NCBI RefSeq assembly: GCF_009914755.1
Contig: NC_060925.1
Origin: the human T2T-CHM13v2.0 reference genome, Homo sapiens
Length of the DNA: 64,000 bases
Strand: one strand, 5' to 3'
Part shown: in pieces, positions 14,815-29,260 of the stretch
How positions within the stretch are numbered: position 1 is the first letter of the stretch
How the letters are laid out: every line of letters begins with the position of its first letter
Made by a program: the position numbers and the translations under genes
The notes under the pieces: model-generated
Databases searched by the model: none
The model's input: the letters and a program-made list of their open reading frames with translations, nothing else
Told to the model about the DNA's origin: nothing

Positions 14815-15639
14815 CGTTTCCAAACTATTGCAGGAGCCTGCAGTGACTATCAGAGTTTGTTGGACACCATTTTGTGTGCTCCCCAACAATCACAAATAGA
14901 ATATTCTAAAATGGTCTCATTATTGTCATTATAAGCACTCTCACTGTTTTCATGAAACAAAAGATAGCAGCAGGAACAAAACTGCACTGAAAAAAATCTA
15001 AACACAGGTTTTATTGCAAGAAATTGAAAACCTACTCTAACAATAGAACCTTCCACTTCAGGCTCAGAACAAGGCCAGCGAAGTGGAGCAGGCCTATCAC
15101 AGATTCCCATCTCCATGACAACCTTTTCAGTTCCATGCACAATTAAAGCTACAGTATCAGTTTTTTTCAGGAAAAAAAAAATCTGAGTCCTGGCTAGTAT
15201 TCATTTTTTATAATAGATTTGAGAAATTAAATTGATTCTAATTAGTGCAGCTGACTTAGTGGGTAATAATAATTCATTATACAAGCAGCCCTAACTCTCT
15301 TCTCCAAAAGCAAATGAAAATATATATTTTGTATGGTTTAATGTACTATCATTATCACTATCCTTTTTAGCTTTCTTTGACAACAGCTCTTTTGTGCCAG
15401 GCATTCTCGAAAATCCTGGCTTAATTCCCCTTCAGGCTATACTTGTGGATAAAAAAAAAATCTGTTCATTTCATTAGCAATTAGATTTCAGCCAGATGGT
15501 CTGGAAAGTGTTGGGACTCCCTCAGAATCCTGGAATAACCTTTTCTCCAGATACATGCTTCCTTTCGTCTTCTGAAGACATTTCTGGAGTTTTTAGTTGT
15601 TACTGAAAAAATGGGTAGAGCTCAGATTTCTGCTGCCCT

Positions 15640-16060
15640 GAAAGAGATTGTTCAGAAATTTTGAAGAGTTAAAATATATATATTCAAAGTGTTAAAAAAA
15701 TGCAACTTGTAAAGAAAATTTAGTGGATCAAGAGTTTAGCGTATGGAGAACAAATGATTGGTGGAGGAATTTATGACAATAACATTTTCAAGTACCATAT
15801 ATGAAGATATTTAAAAATAGAGTGACCAGCTATATTTTTCCTTTTTAAAAAATTAATAAAGATATAAAAATGGGATGTGAGTTTTCATGTTATTTCATAT
15901 AAGCAATAACATGAAAGACTAGTTGAGTTTAAGACATTTCTGAGATTCCTAAGAATGGAATCAAGGTGGTAAAACATTACCAAGAGTTATCATAGAATAC
16001 TATGCCATGAAAATCATAAACATGTATTTTTTTTCTTCTTCCTAGAAATGTGCAAGTATA
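15640..16060 (+). mobile_element. L3/CR1 fragment
   Basis: gtttagcgtatggagaacaaatgattgg...atgacaataacattttcaagta resembles the CR1 3' ORF region. Confidence 0.5.
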
Positions 16061-16596
16061 ACTTTTCCTGAAATCAGACGACTGAGGCAGGTGACTCTTC
16101 ATGAACCCTTTCATTACTAGCATCTTGTGATTTTTATAGGCATGAAATGTAGATACTATGGCACTGTTGCTTCATTCATTTTAACCATCTCTAACACCCT
16201 ATGATGATGACCAGGAGAAATAAAGCAGCCAGTTTGCAATCCAGCTTACTTGTGGATAGATGTTGTCATTGCTTGAAGAAAGTATGATTACTACTACCTT
16301 TTTGCGTGGTCAAATTGAGACAAAGAAAAGTTAAGTGTCTTCCCCAGCACTAAGTCCAAGAGAGATGACATATGTTTTATGTCTGTCCAGCATGCCTTTG
16401 GTCAACCTCATTTACTTCATTCTTGCCTGGAAATGAATGGGGCTGGCTCAACAGTGGACATAAAACGGATGCCTAGACAAAGAGAAAGCTCTATCTCCTT
16501 GCCAAATGTTACATTGAGGAATGGGCATGGGTCATAGCTTTGCCAAAGAAAATTGTTTCCTCCCAGAGAACTCTGAAGCTATTGAGAAAGACATAA

Positions 16597-16998
<402 letters not shown>

Positions 16999-17264
16999 TA
17001 AACCTGAAGTTATTGTCATCTTATAGGGAGAGCTTTTCAAAATGAAGCCAACACAGGTAAAGGGAAGAAAATATAGCTTACACAAACAATGTTTAACATA
17101 TAGATTTAACACATGGAGACATAGAGGCCTGGTTAGATTTTTAACTGTAAGGTCGAGCAAGAGAAAATACCTCTAATGTTATTGTATAAGCTCCTTATAG
17201 CTAGAACCTGACAAACTCATCCAGATCTTTGTAAGTTGTAAGCATGGGATTTAAAAAATGTTAA

Positions 17265-18465
<1,201 letters not shown>

Positions 18466-18775
18466 AATTTATAAAGGAAAGAGGTTTAATTGATTCACAG
18501 TTCCACATGGTTGGGGAGGCCTCACAATTATGGCAAAGGAGAATGAGCAAAGTCACATCTTACATGGTGATAAGCAAGAGAGCATGTGCAGGGGAACTCC
18601 CCTTTATAAAACTATCAGATCTCATGAGATTTATTCACTATCATGAGAACAGCATGGGAAAAACCTGTCCCCATGATTCCATTATCTCCCACTGGGTCCC
18701 TCCCATGGCACATGGAAATTATGGGAGCTACAATTTAAGATGAGATTTGGGTGGGGACACAGCCAAACCATATCA
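18466..18775 (-). mobile_element. THE1 (B/C/D-like) MaLR LTR lacking its 3' end
   Basis: aaaggaaagaggtttaattgattcacagttccacatgg...tgagatttgggtggggacacagccaaaccatatca. Confidence 0.92.
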
Positions 18776-19669
18776 ACATGTATATTTGGTCAACTTATCA
18801 AACAGACCTTTGGAAACCTAACTATTTAAAGGACTAAGGAACTTCCAAGAGAAGCTAATTCTAAAACACAGGACAGGTAGACACACACATCTAGTAACAG
18901 ATTTCTGAATTTGAGTAGGGGAAGATTTTTGAGTACAACATACTGTCACTCAGAATTGTTTCTGATACTGTCCTTGTTTGAATTCTGGAGAAGGCAGAAA
19001 GTCAAAAGTAAAAGATATATTTCACTCAAATATACCTGATTTTATCTTTAATGGAAAAAAAAATGAGAGTACCTTTTCCCCCCAATTTATTGTAGAGTGC
19101 CAGAATCTATTTGCCCTGCATTTGCCCAGTGCATCACCAGCAGCACCCAGTGGAATAGGCAATAGTATTTAGCTGAGATGGCCCTGCTGATTCCCAGGAA
19201 AGCAAGCAGTAGTGGTGCCCCTTTGCGGTGGCAAAGTTTGGAGAAGACTGTTGTCCTCAAGAGTAGAAATGGTTATCATGCCTATTGTAAATGACATCTC
19301 ATGGAAGTGAAAGCAATATGTGACAGCTGCCAACTAAAGCAACTGCCCAGTGGAAAGGCCAAGAAAACAGAAGGCAGGAAGGAGAAAAACATGGCCAAAA
19401 GCACAATTGCTCCTAGGATTATTCTGAGAGCTTGGGAGACACAGGGTCCTAGTTTATCATGTCAGTGCAAGGGCCAGTGAATCATAGGTTACTTGTTGAC
19501 ATTGAATTTGGTGCCTATTTTAGTCACTAATTGCATTGTAATAAGCTGTACATTTGAATAGCTTGTTTCTTTTTAAGTAGTTTAAAGAATAATAAACCAA
19601 TGGAAGCTGCAGCTTACGACTAATATCTCGGAGTTGATCTTGCCTTTCAAAAGGCCTGTGCCATTTATA

Positions 19670-19812
19670 TGCTTTTAAAAATATGATTTCCCAGGCTCTA
19701 CTCAGGAACTTCTGTTTCAGTCACTCCAAAGTGCAGCCCATATGTCTGTATTTTTAACAAGCTCCACAGAGTATTCTGATCCAGAACAAGACTTGAAGAC
19801 TTGAAAACTCTG
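19670..19812. mobile_element. MER5-type hAT-Charlie fragment
   Basis: gatttcccaggctc...tctgtatttttaacaagctccacagagtattctgat. Confidence 0.6.
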
Positions 19813-20022
19813 CTTTGAAATTCGATAAAGAAAATGAAACAGCTTATATGATGATGAAATAACATAGAATTCAAGAAGCATTCAATTTTAGTAACTACTT
19901 TTGGAGTACTTTAAGTTAACTTTAAAGATACATTCACAAGTCCTGCAGGTGAACTTGTGTTTTTTTCTGTAGACCTGAAACCCATGCAGATAGAAAGGAT
20001 TTGAGTTGGACTATGGGGATTC

Positions 20023-20454
20023 TGTAATGGGCCACCCAGATCCCCAGTTCAGGAAGGGAGAGTTTACTCCCCCAGCTGCTGGTAGTATGGCCAGGGAATG
20101 ACCCTCAACTGCCACCCCACTTCAGTGATTGCCTTTGTTGCAGAAAAATGTCTCACCATAAGTTACACACTCTTTCTAGCATGGCTTACATTTAATGACT
20201 GCTGAATGTCAGGGGAAAACATCTCCTGCCCCAAATTAGAACAGACCTCTAAGGCCATTCCAGCTTCCAGGCTGTCTTTCAGGTCAGCTGAGGTCTTCAT
20301 TGAGATTGCATTACATCTCAACTTCTCCTTCTATCCAATCCTGCTGTCTTCCCTTCCCTTCACAGAAGTTGATCCCAACAACACACCTGAGCAAATGTTC
20401 TGCATGCCAATCATCATCTCAGAGTTTGCTTCCTAAGCAACTCAGCCTGTGTCA
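20023..20454 (+). mobile_element. LTR16A-like ERVL solo LTR
   Basis: TG...CA ends. ccacccagatcccc...ccagcttccag...ttctccttctatccaatcctgct...catctcagagtttgcttcct. Confidence 0.8.
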
Positions 20455-20990
20455 ACCCCTTAGCTTGCAAATGGTCAAAACCAAACTAGCTTAAAGTAAG
20501 GGAGAAATTCATCACAAGGATACTGGGCTATCTCAGGTTGAACTATGAAGAGTGGACAGAGCAGAGATGCAACCCAGCTTAGAAACAACTAAAATGACAG
20601 AGTGAAGACTGCCAGATCACTCTCTCATGTCCTCACATTCTCTTATGCTCTCTTCTCTTTCACTTGCTTTTTCTGTAATCCAGCTTCTCTTTTCCTACCT
20701 GGTTTATTCTCTCACTGTGGATGGGCTACTTCTACTGGATGAGAAATGTAGCTATTATATTATACATTTTCATATTTCTACAGTCAAAGAAGAACTATGT
20801 CTATTTTCTAATCTAGTTCATAAATTTTTAAGGAATATTCTGTTTGTCCAGACTTGGGTCAGTTTCCAAGGTCTGGACCAATCACTTGTTGTTAGGAGGC
20901 AGGGACAGGTAATATACCAACTTTCCCTGAAATCACATTGGGAGAGGAAGGAGATAATGTCCCTAAGAAGAAGGCTTTTCAATGCAGAAG
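20455..20990 (-). mobile_element. Old MLT1 (K/L-like) LTR
   Basis: gcttgcaa...ccaaactagcttaaag and cttgggtcag...ctggaccaatcact. Confidence 0.6.
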
Positions 20991-21690
20991 GGTTTAAGAA
21001 ATGGTGTGTGTAGGAGTGTATAAAACATATATAAGACTTGCTCTGAGTGGAAGTCTCTACAATATCTCCCCGCACACACACACACAACTATATATTATTA
21101 TAATAACATACAACAATATGCTTTGTCTGAATGCTTTCCAGTTCAAAAACATCTTACTTGCCTCATTTTTATCTTTACAAGATATTTAAATATATAAGAA
21201 AATTAGTCGTAAATTATATTATTGAAAATTTCATGCCCATTATGAGTTAGATCTGGAATTCAAGCCTGATCTTCTGATTTCAAGTCTAAGTCCAAAAGTT
21301 GTCCACTTTTGCACCTACTTACTTATGATTTTTTCTTTTTTGAGTTTTAATTTCTGTGGGCACATAGTAGGTGTATATACTTATTTACATATTTTTTTCT
21401 AAAAACATATGAATCCTACTTGGTCCCCCATTAAAGTAAGACACAGTTATCTTTTCCTGAGGTGAGTATATAATGCAACCAAATGATTTCCAATTGTTTA
21501 TCGGCCATTTTAGGTGGGTGTGCTTCTTGATGTCTATATTAAAGCCTTGTCAAATAGCCGATTGCTTATAATACCCATTCGTGGGCACACAGGTCGCTCT
21601 TCCACCAGCTTCCAAAACAAAACAAAAGACCAAAAAACCATCTTGCCAGAAATTCTCACCTGCAAATTATGCTTCTTAATGATCAATCTG

Positions 21691-22384
21691 CCAGTTAGAA
21701 TGGCGATCATTAAAAAGTCAGGAAACAACAGATGCTGGAGAGGATGTGGAGAAATAGGAATGCTTTTACGCTGTTGGTGGGAGTGTAAATGAGTTCAACC
21801 ATTGTGGAAGACAGTGTGGTGATTTCTCAAGGATCTAGAACCAGAAATACCATTTGACCCAGCAATCTCATTACTGGGTATATACTCAAAGGATTATAAA
21901 TCATTCTACTATAAATACATGCACACGTATGTTTATTGTGGCACTGTTCACAATAGCAAAGACTTGGAACCAACCCAAATGCCCATCAATTGTAGACTGG
22001 ATAAAGAAAATGTGGCACATATACACCATGGAATACTATGCAGCCATAAAAAGGATGAGTTTATGTCCTTTTCAGGGACATGTGTGTAGCTGAAAATCGT
22101 CATTCTCAGCAAACTAACACAAGAACAGAAAACCAGACACCACATGTTCTCATTCATAAGTGGGAGTTGAACAATGAGAACACGTGGACACAGAAAGAGG
22201 AACATCACACACTGAAGCCTATCAGGGGGTGGGGGGGCTAGGGGAGGGAAAGTATTGGGAGAAATACCTAATAGAGATGACGGGTTGATGGGTGCAGCAA
22301 ACCACCATGGCACGTGTATACCATGTAACAAACCTGCACTTTCTGCACATGTATCCCAGAACTTAAAGTATAATAATAAAAAAA
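21691..22384 (+). mobile_element. L1PA7/8-like, 5'-truncated (ORF2 C-terminus and 3' UTR)
   Basis: Encodes [23 protein letters not shown] and [21 protein letters not shown] with frame breaks. Ends acttaaagtataataataaaaaaa. Confidence 0.95.
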
Positions 22385-22559
22385 TGCATTATTTCTTCAC
22401 AAATATACACATCAGACCAAAACAGTTTTGTCCAGGAAGTAACCACTTTTATTTTAATTTTCTAGCACTTTTTCCTATATATAAGGAATCATATTATAAT
22501 ACAGTTTAGAATCTTGAATTTGACTTCACGTAATTGTAACCTGAGTATTTTTTATAGTT

Positions 22560-24050
22560 GTTATTTACATTTTTAACTGAGGCATAACATAGATAAAAAG
22601 TATATATGCTTAAATTAAAACCTGAATAATTTTTATGTAACTATGTCCCCATGCAACCACCACTTAGATCAAGATACAAAACAAAAGTTTCTGTTTGTCC
22701 TCTGCCCAGTTTACCCCATCTCAGAAAATAAAGAATATTCTGACTGTTACCATTATTGATTTGTTTTGCCTATTCTTAAAGTTTATACATTGAATTATAC
22801 AATACATACTCTTTTATAATTGACTTCTTTCATGCAGCATAATGTCTCTGAGATTCAACCATATTGTTACATGTACCATTAGTTCATTTTTTTAACTGCT
22901 AGGTAGAATTCATTATATGAACATATCACAATTTATTTCTTCATTCTGTTGATGGGCATTAGAGTAGTTTCTAATTTTCAGCTACTATAAATAAAGTTAC
23001 TAGAAACATTTTTATCTTTAGTGTGTGTATGAGAGAATGTAAATGTATGCACTCATTTCTTCTGAGTGTATGCTCCAGAGTTGAATTGCTGGGTCATAGG
23101 ACAGGTTTATGTTTAGATTTAGCAAAAACAGCTAATTTTCTAAAGGACTTATTTCATATTCCCCAAAAGCAAAATATGAGAGTTCTAGTTGCTCATCTTC
23201 ACCAGCATTGATATAGTCAATCTTTATAAATTTTAACTATTTGGTGTCAGGAGAAATATTACCACTCGTTACGTTAATTTGCATTTCAGTGATGAGTAAT
23301 GATATTCCTTACCTGTTCATATACTTACTGATTATTTAGATATCCTCCTGGGCTAAATCCCTCTTTAACTCATTTATAATTTTAAAATTTGTTATGCTTG
23401 TCTTTTGCTTATTGATTTGAAGGGTTTCTTTATATATTCTGGACATGTTTTAGATATATGTGTGCAAGTATTTTCTTCTATTCTGTGGCATAATGTTTCC
23501 TTTTCTTTATGGTAGCTTTTGATTAACGGAAACTTTACCTTTTACCTTTAGGTACCTACTTTCTCTCAAAACTAATTTTCAAATGTGGTATATGAAGTAG
23601 AGATCAAAGTTCACATTCTCCCCATATAGATATCCAGTTGGCCAACATTACTTTTTCAAAAGACAACCCTTTTACCCACTGAATATATTGATGTTTTTGT
23701 TTTAGATCAAGTGATCAGATATGTATGAGGCTACCACTGGATTTTCTATATTGTTCCATTGATCTCTTTGTCCATCCTTGTTCCTACACTATATTGTCTT
23801 ATTAGCTGCATCTTTACTGATAGTCCCCAACTTTTTTTGCTCCTTCAAGATTGTACTGTTTCTTTTATATCTTTGACTATTTCATGTAAATCTCAAAATC
23901 AACTTGTTAGTTTACACAATAATCCCTGGTTGAATTTTTATTGAGGTTTCAAGAGTATGTGTGTCAGTTATGAACAAGTACATATTTTCATCTATTTGGC
24001 CCTTCTATGATTTCTCTAAGCAGTATTTTGTAGTTTCCAGTGCTCACATC
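22560..24050 (-). mobile_element. L1ME-type 3' region
   Basis: caaccaccacttagatcaagata, tgacttctttcatgcagcataatg, gatatccagttg, tttcatgtaaatctcaaaatcaacttg. Confidence 0.8.
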
Positions 24051-24259
24051 TTGCTGGCACTGACCCTCTACAGTTGGAAAGCATGGTGATGAGCCAGGCT
24101 GGAGAAGAGCCCTCATGACACAGAGGAGGCCAGAGCTGAGAGGTACGGGTGAACCCCAGGAAAACTAGACTCACCTAGGAATTTAAAATCTTTCTTTGCA
24201 AGCTCCATTGACAGTAACAATATATTTTCCTAATTGAAAATAATAGTATTATACTAGCT

Positions 24260-24410
24260 AGTCTAATAATCCTCTTTACTTAAAGCCAATTGATTGTAAA
24301 TATTAACCATATCTACAATATACCTTCACAGCAACACCTCAGTTAAGTGTTTGGTTAAATCACTGGTTACTATAACCTCACCAACTTTACACAGAAAACT
24401 AACCATCGTA
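24260..24410 (-). mobile_element. MLT2 (ERVL) LTR fragment
   Basis: taccttcacagcaacacctcag...ccaactttacacagaaaactaaccatc is the reverse complement of the MLT2 5' end. Confidence 0.75.
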
Positions 24411-24609
24411 CCAAGAAATGCCAACAGCACCCAGAAGCAGGAAGAGATAAGGAATGGGTGCTTCCATAGGGCTTCTGGTGGGAGTGTGGTTCCGAGATCC
24501 CATTACTTTCAGATTTCTAGTCTCCAGAACTGTGAGAGAGTAAATTTCTGTTGTTTCAAACCTCCCAGTGTACAGTAATTTGTTGCAACAACCATAAGAA
24601 ATTAAAACA
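24411..24609 (+). mobile_element. MLT1B/C/D LTR 3' half
   Basis: ccagaagcaggaagag...tctccagaactgtgagagagtaaatttctgttgtttcaa...attaaaaca. Confidence 0.85.
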
Positions 24610-24629
24610 TGTAGTTTAGGTCGACAGAT

Positions 24630-25690
24630 TTGGGAGTCATAGGCATAATGGAAGGAGGAAGAAGAATAAGATGGAAGGTGTGGCATCACAGAATTCAAGA
24701 GAAAAACATTTCCAAAGGTGATCTAGGCCATCACATGCTAAAGAAAGATCAATAAAATAGAGACTAAAAGATTTTTATTAGATAAGGCTACAAGTATGGC
24801 AATGAGAATCTTTGTGAAAACAGTTCAATTTGAAAGATAAACAGCAAATTTTAATGTCCCAGATGGTAAATGGTTAAGTGAGGACTTTACCTCATTTAAT
24901 GGCTATTCTACATACCTCTTTTCTTTCAAAATGCTTGAGTTTGAAGAGAAAGAAAGAGGTAGCTCTCTGGTTAAACTGATTTGTAGGGTTAACTTAAGGG
25001 TCTTGTTCACTTCCTTAAGGTAAAAAAAAAAAAAAAGATTAGACTATCAGGTGTTTAAATCTTCTTAAACAATTGAAATATCAAGGAGAAAAATGTTAGC
25101 AATACAAGTAAAAGAGTGTAAAACACAGGAAACAGGCAGTTTTAGAATCCTCAACTTTAGACATGGGAAATGGCACCTCTTCCATTGCAAACACAAGCAT
25201 CAGGGAAGAATGAGTTCAGGCAAATTGTATATGTGATTTAAGGAAGCTGAAGAAAATCCTGTGTGATGGTTTCTATTTTCTATTTTCCGTGCAAAATTGA
25301 AGAATAAGTTATTTCCTAAGAGCAAAGGGTGAAGCCTGGAATTAGAAAGTTTTGAAATGAATAAAAAAATTGAAATAGCCAATCTGGACAATGAGAAGAC
25401 AGCCAGTGAGAAAAAAAATAATAAAACAATAGGATATTTCTGTGCAGACCTGAATACACATTTTTGGTTAGAAACTATCAATTTATAGTGGCATCAATCT
25501 GCAGTTCCCATTATAATGCTCAGATTCCAGGGGAAAAAAAAAGAGGACATTTGGATTGGTCCAGTATTCATATTGAATCAGTCAGGGACAATGGAAGAAG
25601 AAATAATTAATGGAGATGAGGACAAGAGCAAAGAATGAGTGAAGTAAAGGGAGACATTATATCTAGGCTCAATAGGATTTTTAAAAATAT
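24630..25690 (-). mobile_element. L2 internal fragment
   Basis: gtggcatcacagaattcaagagaaaaacatttcc...tgctaaagaaagatcaataaaatagagactaaaag...tgatggtttctattttct. Confidence 0.6.
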
Positions 25691-25780
25691 TTGTTTCCAT
25701 CCTTTTCCTCCAACACCTCATCTTAACAAATGAGAAGGAATGTTGTCCAAGGAAGAAAAGTAATCATTAAAACAAAGACA

Positions 25781-26230
<450 letters not shown>

Positions 26231-26399
26231 CTATACCATTTGCTTCAGTAAATTTAAATGTTAAAAATGTGATTATTTATGAAGGCTTTTAAGAAATATT
26301 TCTAAAGAGCTGGAACAGGAATGGTGGGAGGTAAGTATAGTCAAGAGAATCTAACAGCATGAGAAAGCATTCCTAGAAACAGATTTGATGTGTCCCCTC

Positions 26400-26594
26400 T
26401 AAGATTACCAAGTGAAATATATGATGCCTCGTGAAATTTGAATTTCAGGTAAACACCATGTAAGTTTTTCCACGTAAGTACATTCCAAATATTACATGGA
26501 GTATACTTAAGCTAAAAAAAGTACTCATTATCTCTCTGAAATTAAAATTTAACTGAGTGCCTTGTGTTTTCATTTGCTGAATCTGGCAACTCTA
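26400..26594. mobile_element. MER53 palindromic hAT MITE
   Basis: aaatttgaatttcaggtaaac pairs with ctgaaattaaaattt, and taagtacattcca with tggagtatactta. Ends atctggcaactcta. Confidence 0.85.
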
Positions 26595-26766
26595 TTACCT
26601 GTCCCATGATGGAGATGGCCTATAGTCAATTTTGCCAAGGAGCAGCATTGCACAAGCTAAGAGAGATTAAAGTGCTAGATCTTTTTAAATGTTGTATTTA
26701 TAATGTCTGTACCATGAAGTTTCTTGGAGAACTACTCAAACAAGATTTGGGTCATAAGTGTGTGTG

Positions 26767-27211
26767 ATAGCAAAGACATGGAATCAACCTAAATGTCTAT
26801 CAATGACAGATCTGATAAAGAAAATGTGGTATATATAAACACCATGGAATACTATGCAGCCACAAAAAAGAATGTGATTATGTCTTTTGCAGGAACATGG
26901 ATGGAGCTGGAAGCTATTATCCTTAGCAAACTAACATAGGAACAGAAAACTAAATACCACATGTTCTCACTTATCAGTGGGAACTAAATGATGAGAACTC
27001 ATGAACACAAGGAAGAGAACAACAAACACTAGGGTCTACTTGAGGGTAGAGGGTGGAAGGAGGGAGAGAAGCAGAAAAAATAACTAGGTGGGCACTAGGC
27101 TTAATACCTGGTTGATGAAATAACCGTATGACAAGCCCAAGTGACACAAGTTCACCTATATAACAAACCTTCACATGTACCTCCAAACCTCAAATAAAAA
27201 TTTTTAAAAAA
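26767..27211 (+). mobile_element. L1PA15/16-like 3' end
   Basis: atagcaaagacatggaatcaacctaaatg...ttcacctatataacaaaccttcacatgtacctccaaacctcaaataaaa. Confidence 0.9.
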
Positions 27212-27631
27212 TGTGTCTGTGTATGTGTGTGTGTGTGCACATGCCCTCATGCACAGGTGCACGTGCACAAGTGTTCATGGCGTATTTTATTTTGAAGTAT
27301 CTTCATTTATTTTCTTTCTAAAAGAAATATTGTATTTGATAGTACATCCCAGAAACAAATTCAATGCTTATTAATGTATAACTGGTTTGAAACTATTTTC
27401 AGAGTGACTATTTGCCCTCATCATGGAGATATCTAGATTAAATCTGTCTTTCTCTAAGTCACTAATGAGTGAGTACATATGACAATCTTTATGGCAGTCC
27501 ATGAAAATTTAACCTAGGACAAAATGTTGAGCATCTGAAACTGAAGATAAAGAGAAAATGTCTAATGAGTTCTTTTAAAATGCCACGAAAAATGACAAAA
27601 TAGAAATTAACACATTTAGAGTAATTAATCA

Positions 27632-27829
27632 ATATCAGACAGTGTACTAAGTGCTTCACATGTATTAATCTTACCACAATTTTATGGATCAGAAATGATT
27701 AATATCCATATTTTGTAAGTGATGAAACTGTGATGTTACATTCAAGATACCTCAATTAGAAAAGGGCAGAGCAAGGATTTAAACCCAAGCAGCTTAGCAC
27801 CAGCATCTCTGCTCTTAATCACTGAACTG
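27632..27829 (-). mobile_element. MIR
   Basis: tactaagtgcttcacatg...gatgaaactg...ggcagagcaaggatttaaacccaagcag...gctcttaatcact. Confidence 0.75.
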
Positions 27830-27914
27830 TATTTCGCCAACATATTCAGAAAAGCAATAAAATTAGAAGACATTTAAATACTTTATTTTTACAAAAGAAA
27901 AAAATGTCTGTGTA

Positions 27915-28205
27915 ATGACAGCACCTAGCACAGTGCTTAGCTCATATTGTTGGCCAATAAATATTGGTTAATTGATGGTCTGAAATAGTCTTCTCTCCTC
28001 GGTGCACCCATAGCACTGTTTATACTTCTATCACAGCATTTATAACACTCCACTGAATTTGTTATTTAAGTGTTTTATGTAGTAAACTACAAGCTCCTTT
28101 GTGTCAGGGATTAGGTATTTATCTTCCCATTCTTAGCCCCTAGCAGAGTGCCTTGTACATAGCTTTAGCTTGGTAATATTAAATGAAGGCGTAAATGAAT
28201 GCATA
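27915..28205 (+). mobile_element. Two L2 3'-terminal fragments
   Basis: cagcacctagcacagtgctt...caataaatattgg, and aaactacaagctcc...cctagcagagtgcc...aatgaat. Confidence 0.7.
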
Positions 28206-28937
28206 AAAAATGATGAGTTCTAAAGTTAGGATTCAAAGGGTTTTTTGCTGTTTTGGAGGCATAAATTTTCTATAAACACTTCTAAATATGCCATGGAATT
28301 GTAGAAAAGAAGGTGGCTTTCCAGTGTGAAATGCTGGATAACTAAAAGCATTGCAGTGATGAATTTCCAGCTTGACATACTTAATATTTATACAGCAAAA
28401 CTACCTTTAGGGCCTTTTTTAGGTTTCCTGATTTTGGTAATTCTATCTGATTAGTTGTGTCTTAGAAACTGATAGGATAACAAAGACTATTTGGGCAAAA
28501 ATATGATGTTTTTCTTAGTGCAAATTGCAGAGGAAATCCTCAATTACATTTCTAGTATTTCACCTATGAGTACTAACATGGAAAATTTGCAAAGGGCACT
28601 GAAATTTAAAAATGGAAATGTGGAAACATTTGTAATATGTATGTAATAGCATATGTAATAGCATAAAGTTTATATACCTATTTCATATTACATATGTAAC
28701 AGCATAAAGTTTATATAAAAGGAAATCCAAAATACCAAAGGATACCCACCACACTGATAATCATCACTACCTCTGGATAATGATGCAACTGGAAGTGGTG
28801 AACAAGTAAATCATGAGTTGTAACCATAGCAGAATTCTTTTGTTTGTTTTTAACATAAGTATATTTAGGCCTCATTTATGTAATTAAAATAATTTTTAAG
28901 GTCTAATAGTATCTCAGTTATCAATAAGAGAAGCATT

Positions 28938-29260
28938 ATATTTAACATAGTAATGGAAATCCTGGCCATAGCAATTCAGCAAGAGAAAGATATAAAGGCA
29001 TCCAAATTGGAAAGGAAGAAGTTAAATTGTCCCTGTTTGCAGACAACATGATGATTTTATATATGGTAAACTCTAAAGATGACACAACACACACACACGC
29101 ACAAACACCACTGTTAGTACTAATAAACAAATACAGTAAACTGCAGGATACAAAATGAACACACAAGCATCAATAGTGTTTCCACACACTAACAACAAAC
29201 TATCCACAAAAGACAATTTTTAAAATCCCATTTATAATAGCTACCACCAACAACAAAAAA
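28938..29260 (+). mobile_element. L1 ORF2 reverse-transcriptase fragment
   Basis: aaaggcatccaaattggaaaggaagaagttaaattgtccctgtttgcagacaacatg (KGIQIGKEEVKLSLFADNM, a decayed FADD motif). Confidence 0.9.

Noticed and set aside
21462-21513. GT...AG mini-intron (gtgagt...ttttag) before ORF 21514-21792
   Set aside because: At 52 nt it is shorter than nearly all human introns, and the ORF runs into L1 sequence.
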